Source of the DNA: Silvanigrellaceae bacterium
GTDB taxonomy: Bacteria; Bdellovibrionota_B; Oligoflexia; Silvanigrellales; Silvanigrellaceae
DNA: 31,564 bases
Assembly: GCA_049423385.1 (NCBI GenBank)
Contig: JBMSQQ010000036.1
Span: 1-31,564, forward strand
Direction: 5' to 3'
Under the pieces are notes generated by a model. That model did no database searches. It was not told the origin of the DNA and saw only the letters and a list, made by a program, of their open reading frames with translations. Shown here in pieces: positions 1-9,586 of this stretch (the stretch's first letter is position 1; every line of letters starts with the position of its first letter). The position numbers were made by a program, and so were the translations under genes.

Positions 1-2216
1 AAATATAAAAGATGCAGAAGCAAACATACAAAAAGCAGAAGCAGCAAAAGCAGCCCAGCCAGGAGTGCAGGACCCATGAACGAAGAAGTGTCGTGCCGGA
101 CTGAAGCCGAGAGGGCGACATCGCCACAACCCCAGCGTTTTGTTTTGTTGACCTTTGTTACAGGCGCCTCCGATGATACGACCACGCCGCTCATCAGTTC
201 TGCAACAGCTGAAAACTGACCTGCCGCGTCGTACTGGGCAAAACCATATTTCACAAACGCATCTTGAATGACCTTTTGCAAAGCCGTTTCGTCGTCGCCG
301 TTGGATCTTGCATATCGTTTGGCGCTTTCGAGCAGCGATACGATGCCTTCATAAAGACCCGCATCGCTCTTCAGAAGATCGATGCTGTCCCAAACAATCT
401 TGTCGAATTTGTTTGTGGTGTTGCTCGCATTCATTCCCATTTGGGTTCGAATGGTCCAAAGGATTCCCGACCAAAATTCTCCGACAATGTGGGGTGTGGG
501 AAGATAATCCATGACTGAATAATAGCCGCCACCTGTTTTTGGCTTGAAGTTCTTGAACGTTGTTCCGTCGGTGATGTTGGCTTGACGGAGTGCGAGGTAT
601 CCAGGACGGCTGTATTCGGCAAGTCGATTGTTGCCGGAAATTGCGTATGTGAAATAGTCGGCGAGTCCCTCGTGCATTGCAACACTTTGGGATTTGGCGT
701 TGGACAACCCACGAAACACGATGTGATGTCCGAATTCATGCATAATCACATCCATGTCTTTGCCCAAATCCCTGAGCCCCGAACAATTGCTTCGGCAGTT
801 GGGATCGTAGCTTCCATAGCCGATCAAAATCTCTGGTCCACCCCCGCCGGTGTAGCCTGACCAAAGGTATTGTGCGTTGTCGGCTGTGGTGTCTTCGCCC
901 GTGGTTGGATTGGTCGTTGCCGTTTGCGTTCTTGTCCGAACAAAAATGTTCAGCCGTTTTTCGCCGCCGCCGTTCGAACCACTGGGCTGAAGTCCAAAAT
1001 TTGCACGCGTGCCGGGCCACTTTGTGTCATCCCAGCTCGTGCGCAGGCTGTTGGTGTCGATCGCCTTGAACCAGTCCATTGCTTTTGTAATTGCAGCATA
1101 TGAAATGAGTTCATCGTAGGTTTCGTTGTCATACCCAACCGACGAAAAGTTGCCCTGGGTTACAGCGTGACTTTTGAGCTCGCAATCGCTGTTCATGCGG
1201 GCAACTTGATGGCAATTCAAAACGTCGAAGAGTGGATGCGACAGCTTGCTTCCATCTCCAACCAGACCAGGAAGTGTGACGCCGCTTCTGATCGCCGAGT
1301 CACCACCCGCTGCTCTTTTGTTTTCAACGTAAAGAAGCGCCTGTCCATCGACTGCATGCATTGCCAGGGGGCGCTGCCAGATGATGTCACCCGTGTCGGC
1401 ATTGACGGCCGCCTCGATGGGAAGACGAGGGCCTCGACCCTGTTCGGGGGATTCAGCCGACACTGTGAAAAGGTAGACAGGGAGCAACGAATCACGCGAT
1501 TGAGCAAGGTAAACTTTTGTCGGTGAGTGGAATCGCCAGTCAACAAATCCGAGTGCCTGCGATGCTTTCATTCTCGCCTGATGGGGCGACAGGGAAAAAG
1601 GAATGACGCGCAACGATTCGCCAGCGGACTTCATCATCCAGCCAGGAACCGACCCACTCATGAACGTCGTGGTGTTGGAAGAATGGTCATGAATGGATTT
1701 GATGCGGGCGCCGTGAATCGGAATGTCCTCGAAACTCAGCTGAACCTCGTGGAGAAGTTCTGATTGCGAGGCGTCCAGTGAAAGTGGTTTGGCTTTTCCA
1801 ACGGATGACCAGGCAAGTCCGGCAGGCAGTCTGCCAAACAGAGTCCGATAAGAATTTTCTTCATTGTCGGCAACCAGTCCCAGATTTTCCGAAAGTTCAC
1901 CCGCGATTTCAGGAAAGTTCCCCAGGGACGATGAAAAATTGAATTCCGACAAAGCCCTGTTTCCATCCGGCGACGCGGAATTGCCGTCGGAATAACGCAA
2001 AAAGTCGGAAGCGAACGGGATGAAATCTGTGGTCGTTTTGATTTCACTTTCGTTGCGGTTGGTTGAAAAGCCTTCATCGGTTCCGGACCGATTTCTGGAG
2101 GACAACTCCGGCTGGCCATCCCCGCACGCCGAAAGAACCGGAAATATCGCAAAGAAAAACGCCATGTTGACGAATGGACGGATTGTAGGCCGACTATTCG
2201 AATTGATTTTTGGCAT
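1..2216 (-). CDS. Lipoprotein zinc metallopeptidase, M4/M36 (thermolysin/fungalysin)-like, with propeptide and C-terminal GC+TM tail; 3' end runs off the window (>=738 aa)
   Basis: Hand translation of the minus strand from ATG 2216 (alt. ATG 2165) is open to base 1; absent from the ORF track. Lipobox VLSA-C31; FTP/PepSY-like propeptide (QLSFEDIPIHG, AVNADTGDIIW); DNAQY; LGKDMDVIMHEFGHH (HExxH at 726-740); MHEGLADYF; PHIVGEFWSGILW; ends KRWGCG...LLAGLLLLLLLFVCLLLHLLY. Confidence 0.9.
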   Translation of the reverse strand, partial: MPKINSNSRPTIRPFVNMAFFFAIFPVLSACGDGQPELSSRNRSGTDEGFSTNRNESEIKTTTDFIPFASDFLRYSDGNSASPDGNRALSEFNFSSSLGNFPEIAGELSENLGLVADNEENSYRTLFGRLPAGLAWSSVGKAKPLSLDASQSELLHEVQLSFEDIPIHGARIKSIHDHSSNTTTFMSGSVPGWMMKSAGESLRVIPFSLSPHQARMKASQALGFVDWRFHSPTKVYLAQSRDSLLPVYLFTVSAESPEQGRGPRLPIEAAVNADTGDIIWQRPLAMHAVDGQALLYVENKRAAGGDSAIRSGVTLPGLVGDGSKLSHPLFDVLNCHQVARMNSDCELKSHAVTQGNFSSVGYDNETYDELISYAAITKAMDWFKAIDTNSLRTSWDDTKWPGTRANFGLQPSGSNGGGEKRLNIFVRTRTQTATTNPTTGEDTTADNAQYLWSGYTGGGGPEILIGYGSYDPNCRSNCSGLRDLGKDMDVIMHEFGHHIVFRGLSNAKSQSVAMHEGLADYFTYAISGNNRLAEYSRPGYLALRQANITDGTTFKNFKPKTGGGYYSVMDYLPTPHIVGEFWSGILWTIRTQMGMNASNTTNKFDKIVWDSIDLLKSDAGLYEGIVSLLESAKRYARSNGDDETALQKVIQDAFVKYGFAQYDAAGQFSAVAELMSGVVVSSEAPVTKVNKTKRWGCGDVALSASVRHDTSSFMGPALLAGLLLLLLLFVCLLLHLLY

Positions 2217-2246
2217 CTTCAAGGCTCACCCCACAGCTTTTGAGGT

Positions 2247-2274
2247 GTATCGGCGAAAGTGCAGCAGGACTTGA
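2247..2274 (-). promoter_or_regulatory. Putative sigma28 (FliA) promoter for the peptidase gene
   Basis: Minus strand TCAA-N16-GCCGATAC, about 30 nt upstream of ATG 2216; consensus is TAAA-N15-GCCGATAA. Confidence 0.6.
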
Positions 2275-2279
2275 TGTGC

Positions 2280-2302
2280 AAGAATTTCCGGGGGAAATTC
2301 TT
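2280..2302. repeat. Perfect 10-bp inverted repeat between two divergent promoters (candidate operator)
   Basis: AAGAATTTCC-GGG-GGAAATTCTT. Confidence 0.6.
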
Positions 2303-2309
2303 TTGAAAC

Positions 2310-2335
2310 TCAATTTTTATACGGGCTGCCGATAA
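2310..2335 (+). promoter_or_regulatory. Putative sigma28 promoter for the large kinase gene
   Basis: TCAA-N14-GCCGATAA (perfect -10), 40 nt upstream of TTG 2376. Confidence 0.6.
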
Positions 2336-2375
2336 CCCTCCGGATGAGTATTTGCAGATCGCGCTGGAGGGCGGT

Positions 2376-5300
2376 TTGAAGGAACGTATTCTGGACAACA
2401 CCTATCGACTCCTGGAAGAAATCGGCCGAGGTGGCTTTGGTGCCGTCTTCAAGGCTGTGCGTATTGGTGCGGAAGGCAGTGGTCCGGTTGCGATCAAGTT
2501 TTTGAGCAGAGGCAATCTTCCTTCACTCCAGGAGCAAATCCGCTTTCAGCGTGAAGCGACCCTGATGAGTCAACTTCTCCATCCGGGGACGGTGACGGTC
2601 TATGAACTTGGAGAACACGAGGGACAGGCCTACATCGTCATGGAGTACGTCGATGGTCAGAATTTGCGTGAATACGTCAAAAAGCGCGGAGGGCGGCTTC
2701 CACTCGCCGATATTCTGGAAATTCTGATTCAATCAGCCGAGGCACTGGAATATGTGCACGGTCACAACATCGTGCATCGGGACATCAAGCCGCAAAACGT
2801 TCTGGTCGCTGTCGCCAAAGAAGGGTCGGAGTCGAAAATTCAAGTCAAGATCGTGGATTTTGGCGTGGCCCGGCTCAGCGATACGGGCAAGCAGGGGAGC
2901 GAACAGAATCGCGCTCGCGCAGAAATTGTAGGTACGTTCAACTACATGGCACCCGAGTCAACCGGCATGGTGAATTGGGGTATCGATGCTCGGGCAGACA
3001 TCTATAGCCTCGGGATTGTTGCATATGAATTGGTGACAGGTCGAACGCCATTTCAGGAATTCAAAAACAACGAACTCCTGCTTGCGCACATCGAAAAAGC
3101 TCCACCACCGTTCTCGCAATTCGATGGTCCCCGATATCATGAACTTCTTGAACGCATTGTGCTCAAGTGCATCGAGAAGCGGCCTGACGAACGCTATCAA
3201 AGCATGTTTGGACTTTTGAGCGATCTCAAACGGCTGATGAATGACGTTCGGGTTCACGGAATGGTTGTTGATGCATTCGAGATTGCAACCAAGGATGTTG
3301 CGCTCAGCCGCATATTCAACAAAATTTTTGTGGGTCGGGGAGAGTTGGTTGACCAGGTTGTCAAGAACATCAACTTTCGCAACCGAAGGTCACGCGTCAC
3401 CTGGGGAATGATTCGTTCCACGGTTGGTCTTGGCAGAACACGCTGCCTTGCAGAGGTTCGTCGCCAACTCGATGATCAGAAAGTTCCCTATCTCCACGTT
3501 CGATTCACGGAGTCGGAGCAGAGGCTGTCGTTGCGCGCACTGAGTTTGGCGGTCAATGAACAGCTTCAGGCCCTCGAGATTCGAACACCTCATGTCTTTC
3601 AGGCACTGATGCAGGACATGGCAAGAATCGCCGGTTCGGGAGCCACGGATGTGGCGCGTTTGATTCCAGCCCTGCGACCGCATTTGATGAAGAGCACCCA
3701 GGTCTCCACCAACACAACAAATGATTCTATTTTGTTGCGGGAAGAAGGGACTCACGAAAACGATGAGAAACAGGAGGATCTGCTTTCCTCGGCCTCGGAG
3801 ATGCTCGAAAAGCAACAGAACCTGAAGAGAAAAATGCCGCAGGTGCGAGCTCCAATTCAGCAGGTTTTTCTTGAACTGCTTGCCAAAATCGCCGAGCAGA
3901 CCGGATATCTTGTCTTTCTCCTGGACGACGTTCATCTTGCCGACCCTGCTTCGATTGGGCTTTTTCAGTTCATCACCGAAAAAGTGAACGACCAGGCAAA
4001 TTTTGCATTCGTGATGACCATACGCGAAGGAAGTTCACGACAGAATTTCGTTCTGGACAATTTTCTCATTCGTCTCTCGAATCTTCGTCGCAGGTTTCAA
4101 GTTTGGGATCTCGAGCCGCTCAGTCAATATGATTTCCAACAGTTTCTCCAGGCGGTTGGCCTGCCACGACCAACCCCAAAATTTGTGGAATTCGTGACGG
4201 CAAAATGCGAAGGATCTCCGCTGCTCCTGCACGCGCTGCTGAAGCAGATGGTCGAAAGCGAGGCTCTGGTTGCCGAGAGAAGAAACTTCAATCCATGGGA
4301 ACCTGTCTTTCGGGTCGACTGGAGCAAGTTGTCGCAAATTGTCGTCGATTACAGGAACGTTGAAGCCTTGCTGGCTTCCATGGACCGGCTCGACAAGCGC
4401 GACCAAAGATTGACCAACATTGCCGCCGTGTCACACGAGGCATGCGAATTTGAATACTTCAGAATCGACCAGGACTTCACCTCTGTGGAACTCGAAACCA
4501 GACTTTTGAGTCTTGTGAGGCGTGGTGTTTTTGAAATCCTCGGCGATGAAAATTTGCCCGTGCAGAGACGTTCTTTTGTGTTCAGTCACGAAAAATTGCG
4601 AACAGCAGTTTTGTCGGGAATGGAATTGCAGACTCGACGACAAATTCATCTGGCTTTGGCCAATCGCATCATTTTGCTTTACCCAAAACCTCGCAGGGAA
4701 CATATTCTTTCGCTTGCCAAGCACTTTGAAGGCGCCGGAACTCTTGCAGATGCCGAGCGCAGTTCTGCAATTTTTCTAAAGGCAGCTCGTCTACATGCAA
4801 GAGGTTTTGAACATTCTCTTGCAAAGTATTATGCAGAGCGCGCCATGTCGCGCGCGAGTTCAATTGGCAATCAGCAGGAGCGCCTGATTCGCCTGCGCGA
4901 GGCTTTTGAAACCGAATACATGATTCATATTGCACAAAATGAACTTGTTGCTGCCAGTGATGTCTGCCAGCAGTTGGTTGCATTGACGTTTGAACCACAA
5001 CGAAAGGAAACCCTCCAGCTGCACTGGGGGCAATTGCTGCTTGGTCTTGGGCGGCATACGATGGCTTATGGCCAGGTCGTTGATGCTATAGACCGCAAAC
5101 TGACAATGCCGTTCTCAAAATTTCATCAGTTCATCACCAGTGCTTGGCAATTCCTGATTGACCTTGGCTTTTTCAATTTTGGATACAAGCTTCTGCAGAT
5201 GCAATTTTTGCGCGAACAACAGCCTCCCGACAATCAAACCCAGGGGTTGATGTTGATGACTCTCGCCCAGGCGCATGGAGCCGAATCGAGGTCTTTGGGG

Positions 5301-8090
5301 CTTGTCGCAGCTGCCATGCGTCTTGAATTGCATCGACGCGGTCCAACCCGCCCGCTGGCCGTTTTCAACATGATGATTGCTGCTCACATGCTTCGAGCGG
5401 GACGAATCGACAGGGCTTTTGAAATTGCCGAGTCACTGGAACGTGCCATGGAATCCAACGGACGGGTGGATATTGCCCGGTGGGTTCGTGCGCTGAGAGC
5501 TGTCTGGCTTGATTATCCGATGGGACGGATTGAAAGGCTTGCCAGGGTTCTGGATGAAAGGAAGGACGGTCAACTTCCGAGTCTTGGGGTACTGAACACG
5601 GAAAGTCATGCCTTGCGATCATGGATTCGCTCCACCTCTCCGAGAATTTGGCGGCGCAATCGCACTGAGGCACAGGCCAACCACGAGAACAAGGCAAAAA
5701 ATTGGTTCGAAAAAGGCAAGCACACAAGCTCTGGATATGTTGCCGACCGGGTCAACAAGGCCCGCAAACTCGAATTGATGAAAGACAAGCAGCCGCAATT
5801 CGCCATCCAAAACGGAGTCTCGGAAGTCACCAACGCAACCAAGAGCATGGATGAGAGCAATCCAGAGCAGGCAGCCCAGGCAAAGCAAGTCAGACGCTTG
5901 CGTGAAGCAGGCGAGAACGGTCAATTTGTCGGATTGGCATTGTTCTCTGATTCGCTCAGATATTGTCTGTCTGATCGACTTGATCCATTGCGGCGGGCGG
6001 TTGACCAGTTTTCCCGCCAGCGTCCGGGCGCAATCGAAGGCGAAATTTTCAAGCTATTTTCGATTGCCATTCAGGATCTCGCTCATGGCCAGTACAGAGA
6101 GTCTCTCGACGCATACGTCAATGCACTGCGCTTGATCACCCGCAAGGAAAAATCGGAAATATCACTGCCGGTGAGCGATGCCATGCGAATGGCTGTGTTG
6201 ATGATGCCGATGCTTGCATTTTCTCTCGGTGCAAGAGGGTGGCCGTGGGGTGCCTCCTTCCATCGTCTTCTGTCGAGAATTGATGTGCAGCTGACCGAGG
6301 CCGAGGGCAAAAGCAATCCACGCAGAACACCAGTGACTCCCTTGTTCAGGGGAGTGATGTGTCACATGGGCGGAGAAGGTCAGAAGGCGCTCAAGCTGAT
6401 TGGTGAAGCGATGGACATGGCCAAGTCCAATCAAAATGATCTTGTCGCAATTTTTGCAGAGCAGGCGCTTGGACTCGCCTGCAGTGTTTTCGACCAGGTC
6501 AGATCGATGGACTATTTTGCCGGCTGTTATCGAAATGCACACGACCTCGGCTGGAAGATGATGGAGCGGCAGTTGCTGTCTCTCTGTCGCAGGTTGAACC
6601 TTCCGCTTCAACATCAATTCCCCGAATTGTTGGCCGAATCCGAAAAAATAAATTTCCGCAGGCGCACGTCTGGAATCGCATTGTCACATATCATGGAAAG
6701 TTGGCTGGTGATGAGCCGTGAACCACAAACGGTCAGTCATTACATTTCCCAGTCACCCAGAATTGCTGCACGTGTGTTGTCTTCACCTTTGGGAATGCTG
6801 TTCAAGAGGTATCCCGAGGAACGAGGAGTGATTAAGCCTTTCATGCAATGGGTCGATGACGGAAATCTCTTTCTGCAAAACCTGTCCGACGATCCCATTG
6901 GTCCGAAGCATCTGGAAGCCGAGCTTGTTAGAAATTTGCCTCGCTTTCATGATGAGTCGATTCGCCTTGTTCCCAAGGAACAAACAAACAGTTATCAAGC
7001 AGCGCCTGTTTGGCCGCCAAATTCAATGGCCACCCCATCCGAGTTTGGCGATCTCATCGAAGCTGGAACTACAAACACCAACACCAGACTCAATGAAACA
7101 GTGGTTGATTCAAACAGAACCCAACGGGTGATGAGCGAATCCGAAAGATTTCAGGCAGACACTCCATATTCCGTTTACGTTGCCATCAAGCATCAAGATG
7201 AATTTTTCGGGTGGATGGCATTGAGCCGGGTTTCATTGGCCCAGTTTTCATCAAAAGATTCTGAATTCGACCTTTTGCTTCTCGCTCGCCATATTGCGTT
7301 CAACTTTTTGTGCGAGAGCCGCATGGTTGAATTGGCGAAGAGTTCCGGCAGTGTTGGACCTGCTCTGCACGTGGTCATTCCGCGCGACCTCGAACTTCCC
7401 GAGGGTATCACCGAGGAACGGGTGGGGCGAATCCAATACTCGGATGAACGTGGTCAGGGGCTTTTTTCTCTCGGAGCGGATCGGGTTCTTCTTTTGCAAT
7501 GGAGTTTCGAGACAGGGCAGGCCAGTGGTCAGCTTGAAATTGGTGGTCTCTTCCGCCATTATACGTCTCTTTTTGTAGAATCTGTCCGCGATATTCCAGA
7601 ATCGATCTCGCTTGAAAAGTTTGCCAACAAATTCTCGTCCGATGTTGGTGGCATTCTCGAAAGAACTGCCCTCGGGCAGAGGTATGAGCGCATCTCGGTC
7701 AATGCAATCTTGATTGACCTCAATTCCAACGAAGCACAAGAGTGCATGTTTGGCGCCGAACAATTCACATTTGCAGGCAATTCAAGGGTGGAGCGTGAAC
7801 TCCTGCTTGAACTCAACGGTGTTTTGCGGCTCGACCGACTTGTGTATCGCGAACGCAGGCGAATATGCACAAACAACAAATTTGGCTGGCTCTTGAGCCA
7901 TGACATGAGGTTCCGTGAAGTTGTGCCTCAATTCACCGAAAATGGATTCATCGAGGAATTCCTGAACTTGAAGCGGGGGCGTGGAATGACACTTTCTCGC
8001 CTGTTGTCGGAAAAACGGATGCCCGAAGAATTCACCGCACTCGCAGTCATTTCCGACGGAACCTATTCTGACAAGAAAAATGCGGCATAA
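2376..8090 (+). CDS. Multidomain Ser/Thr protein kinase: Hanks kinase + degenerate STAND/AAA_16-type NTPase + TPR-like helices + possible GAF and degenerate PP2C/SpoIIE-like C-terminus
   Basis: Intact kinase motifs GRGGFG, VAIK, HRDIKPQN, DFG, YMAPE, DIYSLG. Then FVGR, STVGLGRT (Walker A-like), FLLDDVHLAD (Walker B), GSPL, FSHEKLR. Start moved to TTG 2376 because GGAGG lies 5 nt upstream (track start 2352). Confidence 0.92.
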   Translation: MKERILDNTYRLLEEIGRGGFGAVFKAVRIGAEGSGPVAIKFLSRGNLPSLQEQIRFQREATLMSQLLHPGTVTVYELGEHEGQAYIVMEYVDGQNLREYVKKRGGRLPLADILEILIQSAEALEYVHGHNIVHRDIKPQNVLVAVAKEGSESKIQVKIVDFGVARLSDTGKQGSEQNRARAEIVGTFNYMAPESTGMVNWGIDARADIYSLGIVAYELVTGRTPFQEFKNNELLLAHIEKAPPPFSQFDGPRYHELLERIVLKCIEKRPDERYQSMFGLLSDLKRLMNDVRVHGMVVDAFEIATKDVALSRIFNKIFVGRGELVDQVVKNINFRNRRSRVTWGMIRSTVGLGRTRCLAEVRRQLDDQKVPYLHVRFTESEQRLSLRALSLAVNEQLQALEIRTPHVFQALMQDMARIAGSGATDVARLIPALRPHLMKSTQVSTNTTNDSILLREEGTHENDEKQEDLLSSASEMLEKQQNLKRKMPQVRAPIQQVFLELLAKIAEQTGYLVFLLDDVHLADPASIGLFQFITEKVNDQANFAFVMTIREGSSRQNFVLDNFLIRLSNLRRRFQVWDLEPLSQYDFQQFLQAVGLPRPTPKFVEFVTAKCEGSPLLLHALLKQMVESEALVAERRNFNPWEPVFRVDWSKLSQIVVDYRNVEALLASMDRLDKRDQRLTNIAAVSHEACEFEYFRIDQDFTSVELETRLLSLVRRGVFEILGDENLPVQRRSFVFSHEKLRTAVLSGMELQTRRQIHLALANRIILLYPKPRREHILSLAKHFEGAGTLADAERSSAIFLKAARLHARGFEHSLAKYYAERAMSRASSIGNQQERLIRLREAFETEYMIHIAQNELVAASDVCQQLVALTFEPQRKETLQLHWGQLLLGLGRHTMAYGQVVDAIDRKLTMPFSKFHQFITSAWQFLIDLGFFNFGYKLLQMQFLREQQPPDNQTQGLMLMTLAQAHGAESRSLGLVAAAMRLELHRRGPTRPLAVFNMMIAAHMLRAGRIDRAFEIAESLERAMESNGRVDIARWVRALRAVWLDYPMGRIERLARVLDERKDGQLPSLGVLNTESHALRSWIRSTSPRIWRRNRTEAQANHENKAKNWFEKGKHTSSGYVADRVNKARKLELMKDKQPQFAIQNGVSEVTNATKSMDESNPEQAAQAKQVRRLREAGENGQFVGLALFSDSLRYCLSDRLDPLRRAVDQFSRQRPGAIEGEIFKLFSIAIQDLAHGQYRESLDAYVNALRLITRKEKSEISLPVSDAMRMAVLMMPMLAFSLGARGWPWGASFHRLLSRIDVQLTEAEGKSNPRRTPVTPLFRGVMCHMGGEGQKALKLIGEAMDMAKSNQNDLVAIFAEQALGLACSVFDQVRSMDYFAGCYRNAHDLGWKMMERQLLSLCRRLNLPLQHQFPELLAESEKINFRRRTSGIALSHIMESWLVMSREPQTVSHYISQSPRIAARVLSSPLGMLFKRYPEERGVIKPFMQWVDDGNLFLQNLSDDPIGPKHLEAELVRNLPRFHDESIRLVPKEQTNSYQAAPVWPPNSMATPSEFGDLIEAGTTNTNTRLNETVVDSNRTQRVMSESERFQADTPYSVYVAIKHQDEFFGWMALSRVSLAQFSSKDSEFDLLLLARHIAFNFLCESRMVELAKSSGSVGPALHVVIPRDLELPEGITEERVGRIQYSDERGQGLFSLGADRVLLLQWSFETGQASGQLEIGGLFRHYTSLFVESVRDIPESISLEKFANKFSSDVGGILERTALGQRYERISVNAILIDLNSNEAQECMFGAEQFTFAGNSRVERELLLELNGVLRLDRLVYRERRRICTNNKFGWLLSHDMRFREVVPQFTENGFIEEFLNLKRGRGMTLSRLLSEKRMPEEFTALAVISDGTYSDKKNAA

Positions 8091-8093
8091 TCC

Positions 8094-8897
8094 TCACGGA
8101 CGAAGATCGATTTTCTTGAGTCTCGCAAAAGTCAGGCCAAGCGCGACCAAAATACAAGAAAATGCCCACAGAATCGCCTGCGTGAACTGAATCGCTGAAG
8201 GAATAATCCATTCGCCGCGTGCACTTTGAATCACGAGAAGGTTTGGGTTCCAGATTCTCAACAATGTCAGCAGAAAACTATTTGTCTGGTTGAGGTCACC
8301 GTTCTGGCTGACTGAAATTCCAGAACTGACAAGTGAATCCAGAGAAGAAGTGAGGTGACCAAATGAGTAGAGGGTGATTGTCGCCAGGATTGCATAAAGC
8401 GGCCTGACAAGACTTCCCAGAAGACCGGCCAGTGCAAGTGCCGAAATAGACTTCAACCATGCAAAGAGGAGCATGAGCGATTGAATCTGTAAATTTGTGG
8501 CGTAACTTGTTTCTGAGATTCCAGGCAGAGCAAAGGCTTTCAGGGAAAAAAGGGCCACTGCAAGAACAAGCAGCACAACCGAATACGCAAGCAGTCGAGC
8601 CATATAAACACTTTGTCTTGAGGCACCGGCAGGAATATAAAGTTCTGCAATGCCGCGCGATGAGAAATCATTCGAGCAAATCGATGAGCCGGAAAGCAAT
8701 CCAACAAAGAGCAACAACTGATCGGCTGCAAAATATGAAACAACATCAATGACCCTGCCTTCGTGGCTGAGCGCAACACCGCTGAGCAATGCCATCAACA
8801 ACAGCAAAACGCATCCCGAAATCGAGCTGGTCCAGAGCAATTGTCCGCGCAAATTCTCGCGGAGTGTGAGCTTGATGATTCCATTTGTTTTCAGCAT
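8094..8897 (-). CDS. ABC transporter permease, PilI-like
   Basis: About 6 hydrophobic segments; LTLRENLR and PAGASRQSVYMARL resemble ABC-2-type permease motifs; directly follows the ABC ATPase. Start ATG 8897 with GGAG upstream (track start 8957). Confidence 0.8.
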   Translation of the reverse strand: MLKTNGIIKLTLRENLRGQLLWTSSISGCVLLLLMALLSGVALSHEGRVIDVVSYFAADQLLLFVGLLSGSSICSNDFSSRGIAELYIPAGASRQSVYMARLLAYSVVLLVLAVALFSLKAFALPGISETSYATNLQIQSLMLLFAWLKSISALALAGLLGSLVRPLYAILATITLYSFGHLTSSLDSLVSSGISVSQNGDLNQTNSFLLTLLRIWNPNLLVIQSARGEWIIPSAIQFTQAILWAFSCILVALGLTFARLKKIDLRP

Positions 8898-8899
8898 GG

Positions 8900-9586
8900 T
8901 CACTCCGGAATGGCGCAGCCTACAGTCCGCTGCAATGTCTGATTTTCGATAATCCATGTTTCCCGCACATGCTTTCGAATCCGGTTGGGTGCATCATGAC
9001 TTGAAATCAGAAGAAATTGATTTTGTTGACCCAATTGAACAAGGTGTTCGGCAAGTTCCGAACGAGCCCATGGATCCAGTCCTGAAAAAGGCTCGTCGAG
9101 AACAAATCCAGAAGGCTTTCCGGCCAGCGCTAGAGTCAACAGGAGCTTCTGCTGTTGTCCTTTTGAAAGCAGTTGCGCTTGTCTGTCCATCAGTGCAGAA
9201 ATGTTCAAGCTTCCAATCACGGGCTGTTCCAGTTCGTTTTTTTTAAAGTCAGCTACCGAGATTCCCAAAAGCGAAGTGATAATTTCAGACACCTTGGCAC
9301 GCGCAGGCAGCACAGGAAGTTCCGGTAGATATCCAATACGTCCGCGTGGCAATGTGGATTCTCCAAACCATTGAATACGTCCTCGTGTGGGTTTCATGAG
9401 ACCCAGCAAGCAGCGGAGGAGTGTGGACTTTCCGACACCATTGCGCCCCGCAAGAAGAATAATTCCAGGTTCGGTTATCTCGATTTTGTTTATGTTCCAT
9501 AGGACACGATCTTTTTGTCTGACAAAAAGGTCTTGCGACTTCCACTTATAGAAGAGATCACTGGCGATGAGGAAGTTGTCGCTCAT
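8900..9586 (-). CDS. ABC transporter ATP-binding protein, PilH-like
   Basis: Walker A GRNGVGKST, signature LSKGQQQK, Walker B FVLDEP, H-loop SSHD. ATG 9586 overlaps the upstream stop (ATGA). Confidence 0.92.
   Translation of the reverse strand: MSDNFLIASDLFYKWKSQDLFVRQKDRVLWNINKIEITEPGIILLAGRNGVGKSTLLRCLLGLMKPTRGRIQWFGESTLPRGRIGYLPELPVLPARAKVSEIITSLLGISVADFKKNELEQPVIGSLNISALMDRQAQLLSKGQQQKLLLTLALAGKPSGFVLDEPFSGLDPWARSELAEHLVQLGQQNQFLLISSHDAPNRIRKHVRETWIIENQTLQRTVGCAIPE

Noticed and set aside
1..70. GCAGAA/GCAGCA-like short repeats at the left edge
   Set aside because: They are the reverse complement of consecutive Leu codons in the peptidase TM tail, not a repeat element.
264..2274. Many short ORFs in the track on both strands (e.g. 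1736..2152 -, 431..739 -)
   Set aside because: All overlap the long peptidase reading frame; no motifs.
2376..8090. Kinase-STAND-TPR as an Avs/NLR-like anti-phage system
   Set aside because: Degenerate P-loop, signalling-type C-terminus, sigma28-like promoter and no defence-island or mobile context; cannot be fully excluded.
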